A DNA stretch of 32,000 nucleotides from Hyperthermus butylicus DSM 5456 (GTDB taxonomy: Archaea > Thermoproteota > Thermoprotei_A > Sulfolobales > Pyrodictiaceae), in the NCBI RefSeq assembly GCF_000015145.1, contig NC_008818.1, positions 960,001-992,000 on the forward strand, in the 5' to 3' direction. The notes below the pieces were generated by a model. That model saw nothing but the letters and a program-made list of their open reading frames with translations, ran no database searches and was not told the DNA's origin. How positions within the stretch are numbered: the first letter of the stretch is position 1; the number at the start of each line of letters is the position of its first letter. Position numbers and translations under genes: made by a program. This document shows positions 26,332-32,000 of the stretch, one piece after another.

Positions 26332-26392
26332 GGGCGTGATGAACTCTCGTCTCCCGAGCAAGTGCTATGAGGATGTTATCCCCGGCTGACCC
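26332..26392 (+). ncRNA. box C/D sRNA candidate 5
   Basis: GGGC-GTGATGA (26336-26342), 12-nt guide ACTCTCGTCTCC, D' CGAG, 8-nt spacer, C' ATGAGGA (26367-26373), 12-nt guide TGTTATCCCCGG, D CTGA (26386-26389), CCC. It lies 17 nt downstream of candidate 4 in the same orientation. Confidence 0.55.
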
Positions 26393-26423
26393 TTAGCAGG
26401 GTTGCTGGAGTGGTGGCAGCGTC

Positions 26424-26936
26424 TTGGCCAGGCTCTATACGTACCTAACCGTGACGCTGAGTTTAAAGCCGCAAAAGTCATTGCCACAGCTGATAAGCCT
26501 TGTGGAGATGTCACATCCCTCACTAGAACTTGTGGACTTCAACGAGGAGACACGCCGCGTCGTCATACGTGCTAGGGCTTCTGAGGCACCCTTCCTCGAG
26601 AAGCTCCTCAGGGACTATGCCTCCTCCGCCTCAATAGAGGTTAAGGCTTCCCTCCGTACAAAGATAGATGTCAAGAAGCTGCGTAGCATCGGGGTACGCT
26701 ACATAGCCTATGGCGGCAGAATTCTCTTCTACACGCGGTGCAGGGATGACGCGGTTTTCGGTGAGGCAAGGGGTAGAGAGATATTGCTAAAGTACTGTAG
26801 GTGGGCTAGCAGTGTGGATCCAGCAGCTCTTCCCCCAGCACTCTGTAGTTTCTCCCAGATAGAGGGTCTAGTCGAACTCGTATCCAGCGCTAGACGGTGT
26901 TTCGGGGAGCTGCTTAGAACTCTGGGGCTGGCCTAG
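26424..26936 (+). CDS. hypothetical protein (170 aa from TTG; 142 aa from ATG 26508)
   Basis: ORF only; no motif recognised. The start is uncertain. Confidence 0.35.
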   Translation: MARLYTYLTVTLSLKPQKSLPQLISLVEMSHPSLELVDFNEETRRVVIRARASEAPFLEKLLRDYASSASIEVKASLRTKIDVKKLRSIGVRYIAYGGRILFYTRCRDDAVFGEARGREILLKYCRWASSVDPAALPPALCSFSQIEGLVELVSSARRCFGELLRTLGLA

Positions 26937-26968
26937 AAGGTTTTGTTAGGTGTTGCTTGAAGCGTATG

Positions 26969-26976
26969 TTTTAAAG
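26969..26976 (+). promoter_or_regulatory. TATA box of alba
   Basis: TTTTAAAG about 50 nt upstream of the start, followed by a strong SD GGAGGTG (27008-27014) 6 nt before TTG 27021. Confidence 0.5.
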
Positions 26977-27020
26977 CACTTTATGCGAGATAGGCAGCGC
27001 GGAAGGGGGAGGTGTAGGGC

Positions 27021-27290
27021 TTGGCTGTGGAGGAGAATGTTGTCGTTATTGGTAAGAAGCCTGTCACAGACTACGTTCTCGCAGCGATACTTTTGTTCAA
27101 CGAGGGCTATGATGAAGTAATCATTAAGGGTCAGGGCAACAATGTGAGCAAGGCGGTTGATGTGTATAATGCATTAGCAAATAGGCTTCAAGATGGTATA
27201 GAGCTTGTAGATGTTAAGATCGATAGTGTTGAGCGTGGTAGGAGACTCGTACCAGTTATAGAGATAAAGGTTCGAAGAAAGATAGTTTAA
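27021..27290 (+). CDS. albA: chromatin/RNA-binding protein Alba (Sso10b family)
   Basis: 89-aa ORF. NVVVIGKKPVTDYVLAAILLFNEGYDEVIIKGQGNNVSKAVDVYNAL...VPVIEIKV matches the Alba fold signature. Confidence 0.9.
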   Translation: MAVEENVVVIGKKPVTDYVLAAILLFNEGYDEVIIKGQGNNVSKAVDVYNALANRLQDGIELVDVKIDSVERGRRLVPVIEIKVRRKIV

Positions 27291-27409
27291 AGATGTGCTA
27301 GGGCCACCAAGACTTCTTCCAAGCTTCACTCTATACTCCTGGACGACCTAGCTACGCCTCTAGTTGCCTCTCCGCCACACACATATAACTCCATATCCTC
27401 AGCTAGCTA

Positions 27410-28804
27410 GTGCTAGAGAAGACTAAATTGTTGGCTAACTTCTCGGCGAGGCGTCCTGCCTTGGCTGGTGAGGCTGCAATACCGAGCGTGGCTTGGAACG
27501 AGCAGGTGGGGCTGCTTGCGCGTATAGTTGTTGCACTTTTCGCGGGTATGCTGGTTGGTATTGAGCGTGAGAAGGCTAGGACTGTAGCGTTAAGGAGTAG
27601 GAGGAGGACGGATGTTGAGGAGATAGTTATTAAGGAGGTTCCTGGGCTTAGGACCTTCAGTCTTGTAGCGGTTTTCGGCTCAATACTTGGGATACTATGG
27701 AGTGGTGGCTACATAGATTCGGCACAGACAGCTGTTCTACTAGGCGTATTTGGCATTATTGTTGCCGTCTTTGCTACACATAGGCTCCTAGTAATGAGGT
27801 CTACTGGTATAACCACGATAATCGTATTGTTAGTAGACTTCGGCATAGGTCTCCTAGCAGGTCTAGGTCTTATACTAGTAGCTGTGAGCGTAGCCGTCCT
27901 CTCAACATTCATGCTGGCTATAAAGCTGCCGGCGGAGCGTATAGTGGGCCGCATAAGGTACGAGGAATTCCTCTGGGCATTGGAGCTTGGTGTTATACTG
28001 ATAGTTGTTGGTCCATTCTTCCTCGGGCTCCCAGCGTCATTCTATGGTGTTAGTCTTCGCAGCCTCTACCTCTTCTTCGCACTGGTACTGGCGACGTCCT
28101 ATCTGGGCTATGTTATGGCTCGGCTTAAGGGTGGCGAAGGGATAGCGTATACAGCCTTCTTTGGTGGCCTAGCTAACAGTGAGGCTACCCTTGTAGGCTT
28201 GCTTTCAATACTTGATCAAACGCTTCGGAGGCTGCTAGCATTTGATGTTACAGTATTGTCGAATACAGCTATGATACTAAGGAACACGGTTATAGCAGCA
28301 GTGATGACCTATGTGTCGGGTTATGTAGATTATGAGGTCGTAATACTAGTCCCTCTTCTAGCTTCTACAGCCCTAGCACTATTGCCTGCAGTACTTTCCT
28401 GGCGCAGGGCGCCCCAGCGCATAGCGGGGATCGAGTCTCTACGCATAGAGAACCCGCTGCGTTTAAGCACTGCAGCTAGAATGACGCTTCTCTATGTAGC
28501 TATAGCCTTTACGGCCAATGTTGTCCGCAGAACTGGTATCCTCGGCTTAATATCGGTAGCTGCTGCTGGCGGCTTCGTTTCAAGCGGGGCGACAATAATT
28601 GCGCTCTTCTCCGTAGATGGTATTGATCCGGCACTACTCCCGGCACTGGTCCTCATAGCCGTTGTCATGGGTGTCTTAAACAAGCCCGTCTACGTCTACA
28701 TAGCTGGCTGGAAGAGCCGAGAGGTACTAGCAAAGGTTGGGGGGGCAACGCTACTGCAAGCAGTCCTTATGGTTCCAGGGCTACTCATAACCCTGCTACT
28801 CTAG
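27410..28804 (+). CDS. MgtC/SapB-family membrane protein with DUF4010-like C-terminal extension
   Basis: 464-aa polytopic ORF. N-terminal RIVVALFAGMLVGIEREKA ... PGLRTFSLVAVFGS is the MgtC signature. The rest is hydrophobic helices. Confidence 0.7.
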   Translation: MLEKTKLLANFSARRPALAGEAAIPSVAWNEQVGLLARIVVALFAGMLVGIEREKARTVALRSRRRTDVEEIVIKEVPGLRTFSLVAVFGSILGILWSGGYIDSAQTAVLLGVFGIIVAVFATHRLLVMRSTGITTIIVLLVDFGIGLLAGLGLILVAVSVAVLSTFMLAIKLPAERIVGRIRYEEFLWALELGVILIVVGPFFLGLPASFYGVSLRSLYLFFALVLATSYLGYVMARLKGGEGIAYTAFFGGLANSEATLVGLLSILDQTLRRLLAFDVTVLSNTAMILRNTVIAAVMTYVSGYVDYEVVILVPLLASTALALLPAVLSWRRAPQRIAGIESLRIENPLRLSTAARMTLLYVAIAFTANVVRRTGILGLISVAAAGGFVSSGATIIALFSVDGIDPALLPALVLIAVVMGVLNKPVYVYIAGWKSREVLAKVGGATLLQAVLMVPGLLITLLL

Positions 28805-28820
28805 CTCATCGGGATATTGG

Positions 28821-29363
28821 CTATAATGTGAAGCTAAACTTCTGGAACAATGCTGCGTACCCCGCATCAACTAGAACGGTTAGTACGCGGACGCCGGCAG
28901 AGTATAGGCCTGCAACAGCATATGCTGGCGCATCGGTTACATCGACTACGCGTGCCGAGAAGCCGCGTGTAATTCTCGCTACTCTCCTTACAACCTCCTT
29001 AACGTGTAGCCTTGTACTCGGCTGTAGGGGTACACGGTATACATCTACAATCCTCTCCGCGGCAAGGACTTCGAGGAGTGTGTTAAGAGGCCCCCACCCC
29101 TCTACGGGCTCAGAGGACGCAATAACCCTGATCCTGCGTGCACCTTTAACCCTGGAATAGGCTATCGCTGCTAGCACGGGCTCCACGGCTGTCCGAGCGA
29201 TGACAGTGTCAGGCACAGCGTCGCCTCCTACCCTCTGAGCTATCGCTTCAAAGGCCTCGTCAAGCGACTCCAGCACTGTTTCGATGAGCTGCCTCCTAAC
29301 ATCCTCCCTTCCCGATGCCAGTGCCAGCCTGAAGAGGTCACCTACGCCGAGCCCGGGCTGCAA
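28821..29363 (-). CDS. hypothetical protein (180 aa)
   Basis: ORF with a TTG start, 6 nt downstream of the phosphoesterase-like gene. Alternating beta/alpha pattern (IRVIASSEP, VVDVTDAP, VLTVLVDAG) suggests a Rossmann-like fold. No catalytic motif recognised. Confidence 0.35.
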   Translation of the reverse strand: MQPGLGVGDLFRLALASGREDVRRQLIETVLESLDEAFEAIAQRVGGDAVPDTVIARTAVEPVLAAIAYSRVKGARRIRVIASSEPVEGWGPLNTLLEVLAAERIVDVYRVPLQPSTRLHVKEVVRRVARITRGFSARVVDVTDAPAYAVAGLYSAGVRVLTVLVDAGYAALFQKFSFTL

Positions 29364-29369
29364 ACCCCT

Positions 29370-29957
29370 CTACACCTCACAAGCAACCCTTGCGGTTACT
29401 ATGCCGCTGCTAGCCTCTATAACGCTGTAGCAGCTTGGCCTTGTAGCCAGAGAGCCGGGGCAAACATGCAGTATTCCGTCAATGTAGAATGTGCCGGGAC
29501 ACATGCATTCCCCAATAACCACCGCTAGGGGCTTGTACTGGTAGAGCTTGTGGAGCTCAAGGAGTCCCCTCCTTGCTCCCGGCAGCGTAGAATAATCCAT
29601 AACCATGTATGGTGGGTAGTAGGTTGCAAGTATGAAGCTTCTGGGCTTAACCTCCCCTAGCTCTCTTAAAAGCGAGTAGATATTGGCTACGGGCTCTCTC
29701 CCACCGATACCGCCAAAGTAGAGCCCGTCAATGTACGCCAGGTGGCCCTCTACGAGGTAACCAATCGAGTCTATAACTCTTGCAATATGATGGTCATCGC
29801 TTCTCCCAGCTACTCCTACGACAACCTTACACAGAGCCGCAGCCTCTTCGAGAACCCTCGCAGAGCCCACATCGCCGAGAATCAGCAGAACGTCGCAATC
29901 CCTGAAGATACTCTTCCAGCTTGCTCTATCAAGGCCGCGTACAGCTATTATCCGCAT
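29370..29957 (-). CDS. calcineurin-like metallophosphoesterase homologue with degenerate metal-binding motifs
   Basis: 195-aa ORF. Motif order is preserved but the ligands are changed: MRIIAVRGLD (for SDxH), LLILGDVG (GD kept), GRSDD (for GNHD), ILATYYPP (for THxPP), VVIGECMCPG (for GHxH), VCPGS (for NPGS). Confidence 0.5.
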   Translation of the reverse strand: MRIIAVRGLDRASWKSIFRDCDVLLILGDVGSARVLEEAAALCKVVVGVAGRSDDHHIARVIDSIGYLVEGHLAYIDGLYFGGIGGREPVANIYSLLRELGEVKPRSFILATYYPPYMVMDYSTLPGARRGLLELHKLYQYKPLAVVIGECMCPGTFYIDGILHVCPGSLATRPSCYSVIEASSGIVTARVACEV

Positions 29958-30174
29958 ATACGGGCCCTCGGCGCTACAATGCGTCTACATCCAAGTGTTC
30001 AGGTCCGCCCATCGCTCCTCACGGGGCCGCCACTCTCCTACATACCCGGCTACAACAGCTATTATAGCTGCTGCCCGCAGCCTCCAACTCCGGGGGAGGA
30101 GTGGGGCCGATGAAGCACTATGGTAGCGGGTATGGGGAGGCCAGCCGTTGACCGGCACGCCGGCCCCCGAGGCC

Positions 30175-30744
30175 CTAGCAGGTAACCTCATCTATTTCCA
30201 TTCCGTGGTTCTTGTTTATCTCGTGTTGGAGCAGGTAGAGCAGATCGCTGAGCCTATTGAGGAGACGGGCTGGAAGCTCCACTTGGCCCTGCGGGAGCCC
30301 TACCTCCCATACACAGCGCCAGAATGCTCTCTCAGCCCGCCTTGTAACAGCCCTTGCAAGTGATACGGCAGCAGCTGCTGGGTGGCCCCCATTCAGTTTG
30401 AACGTTGGCTCAAGGTTCTGGGAGAGCTTCTCCACCAGGCTTTCAACCCACTTGAGGTCTTCGGGGCCTAGACAGGTGCGGCCATTAATGGTGAAGCCTA
30501 TACGGAAGAGTAGTTGCTGAACCTTCTTTAGTATGATGGCTATGTGTCTATTCCTCTTGTCGAGCCACTCTAGAATGCTCATTGCCAGTCCTATAGCTGC
30601 TTCAGCCTCGTCGAGGGTGCCGACAAATTCTACACAAGGGTGAGACTTGGGAACCCAGCCAGCGCAGGGTACGAATGTGTAGCCGCTATCACCGAGGCCG
30701 GTGGAGAGTTTTAGCCCTAGTCTTTGCTCTACTGGCACAACCAC
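30175..30744 (-). CDS. PduO-type ATP:cob(I)alamin adenosyltransferase family protein
   Basis: 189-aa ORF. TGLGDSGYT, VEFVGTLDEAEAAIG, VQQLLFRIG, GGHPAAAAVSLARAVTRRAER, NRLSDLLY. Confidence 0.85.
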   Translation of the reverse strand: MVVPVEQRLGLKLSTGLGDSGYTFVPCAGWVPKSHPCVEFVGTLDEAEAAIGLAMSILEWLDKRNRHIAIILKKVQQLLFRIGFTINGRTCLGPEDLKWVESLVEKLSQNLEPTFKLNGGHPAAAAVSLARAVTRRAERAFWRCVWEVGLPQGQVELPARLLNRLSDLLYLLQHEINKNHGMEIDEVTC

Positions 30745-30931
30745 CGCCGTTAAAGCATTGGCCTACACGGTGGTTTTACGGGGTTTAGGGTACATCGCTG
30801 TTATTTGGTGCCAGAGGTTTTGCAACTATTTAACACTTAGTATCTAACGGTTTTCAATATGTTTAAAGGGATGTTTGGCTGCGTTGGTACATGGAAGTAA
30901 CGGCCAACTTTCGATGAAGGTGTAGCTCGGC

Positions 30932-32000
30932 TTGCCTCTAAGCGAGGTTAACTTGTTAATAGGTGGTCCTCAAGGCTTGGGCATAGAGACTACAGCATAT
31001 GTGTTGACAACGGCGTTTACCGTTGCGGGCTACGGTGTTCTCTCTGAGAGGGAGTACCACTCAAACATTATTGGCAGGCATAGTTACATAATTATGAGGA
31101 TTTCATCCCGGGACATACCCAGAGCTCTCACCTACCCGATAGATATTGTAGCGGCTATCGATGCTGAAACAGTGTTTACGCATTTCGAGGACGTTAAGCA
31201 GGGGGTGTATTCATCTACGACAAGAACACTGAGAACGTGGAGCTAGAGACCATAGTCTCCATGGACTCGGCTAGAAAGGAGAGGCTGATAAAATACCTTG
31301 ACAGTCTAGGTGTAGGTCACACGGTAGGCGATGTAGTTAAGCTCCTCGAGAACCGTGGTGTAAAGACAGTGGGCATAGACTATAGGCAGCTTACGGGCGA
31401 GCTTGCAGAGAAGTTTGGCGTGCCGAGAAGAATGCTGCAGAGGTTTACAAACTCCATACTTGCGGGTGCTGTAGCTGCGCTAACCGGTCTTGACCTTGAA
31501 GCTATTCGTGAAGGCTTTATGAAGAGGTTTCGGGGAAGAGAGCACATAGTCGAGCCTAACATGTACATAGTCTCGAGGGCTAAGGAGGTAGTTGAGGCCC
31601 TCGTTGGCAGGATATTTGAGCTCGAGGAGAGCAGGCTACCCTATGACGAGCTGCTGATAGTTAGCGGTAACGAAATAGTAGCAATGGCAAAGGTTGTTAG
31701 TGGCGTACGTTTTCAGTCCTACTACCCAATAACTCCTGCTCAGGATGAGAGCTTCTTCCTCGAGAACTATGAGGTGCTGGACGACGGGTCAAAGAAGCTC
31801 GGAACAATAGTGGTATTCCAGACCGAGGATGAGATAGCGGCAATAGCAGCAGCTATTGGTGCAGCACTAACCGGTGTAAGAGCCTCAACAGCTACTAGCG
31901 GACCCGGTTTTGACCTTATGGCCGAGGGGCTCTCTTGTGCCGGCATGTGCGAGGCACCTGTAGTGATTACGTTCTACCAGCGTGGCGGTCCGTCGACGGG
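30932..32000 (+). pseudogene. 2-oxoacid:ferredoxin oxidoreductase alpha subunit (N-terminal gamma domain fused), interrupted by an apparent 1-nt deficit in a G run at 31201-31205; 3' end off the window
   Basis: Frame 1 from TTG 30932 reads LLIGGPQGLGIETTAY...EREYHSNIIGRHSY...FEDVKQG and stops at 31244-31246. The -1 frame continues (G)VFIYDKNTENVE...YYPITPAQDES...FQTEDEIAAIAAAIGAALTGVRASTATSGPGFDLMAEG...FYQRGGPST to base 32000 with no stop. Confidence 0.88.

Noticed and set aside
30103-30167. tRNA or split-tRNA gene suggested by a 7-bp acceptor-like stem
   Set aside because: It is only 65 nt, neither strand can form D or T arms, and there is no GTTC-type T loop.
29742-30191. 123-aa + strand and 68-aa minus-strand ORFs crossing the GC-rich gap
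   Set aside because: The first is largely antisense to the phosphoesterase-like gene, and the second is Pro/Arg/Ala-rich GC-bias noise. Neither has start signals.
1-32000. Searched for CRISPR arrays, tandem or long direct repeats, transposase/integrase genes, and tRNA/rRNA genes
   Set aside because: I found no spaced repeat periodicity, no mobile-element genes and no cloverleaf-compatible sequences by eye. The only exact repeat I noticed is the 13-mer GGCGATGAAGACC, shared by two sRNA candidates.

Overview
Gene-dense stretch of an archaeal chromosome, most likely from a hyperthermophilic crenarchaeote (Desulfurococcales/Sulfolobales-like). Supporting content: Topo VI B/A, RadA, Alba, an archaeal-type ThrRS, a non-catalytic tRNA-splicing endonuclease subunit, a gamma-alpha fused 2-oxoacid:ferredoxin oxidoreductase, TATA-box promoters, oligo-T terminators, and many GTG/TTG starts behind GGAGG-type SD sequences. 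About 30 protein genes, mostly housekeeping: tmcA, hisS, mtnA-like, top6BA, deoC, glmS plus a GlmU-like gene, thrS, radA, Lhr-type helicase, alba, PduO-type adenosyltransferase. There is also a compact type IV pilus-like operon (pilin, FlaI-like ATPase, FlaJ/TadC-like platform) with a PibD/FlaK-type prepilin peptidase 12 kb away. What the ORF track misses: (1) tmcA on the minus strand of 1-2552, which has no stop inside the window. (2) At least five box C/D sRNA candidates in the longer intergenic gaps; three have guides antisense to LSU rRNA sequences I recognise as highly conserved, and two convergent neighbours address one contiguous peptidyl-transferase-centre segment. (3) Two conserved metabolic genes (mtnA-like, OFOR alpha), each broken by an apparent 1-nt deficit. 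The most accessory-looking parts are an islet of small overlapping genes at 22.08-23.21 kb (wHTH plus an all-alpha protein with an Rx5H HEPN-like motif, a small unknown protein, an L24e/TRASH-like Zn finger) and a cluster at 28.8-30.2 kb with a metallophosphoesterase homologue that has lost its His ligands. I found no CRISPR array, tRNA, rRNA, transposase or integrase. I do not see convincing evidence of a new multi-gene system; the sRNA layer is the best-supported unannotated biology. All homology calls come from reading motifs by eye, with no database search, and sRNA ends are accurate only to a few nt.
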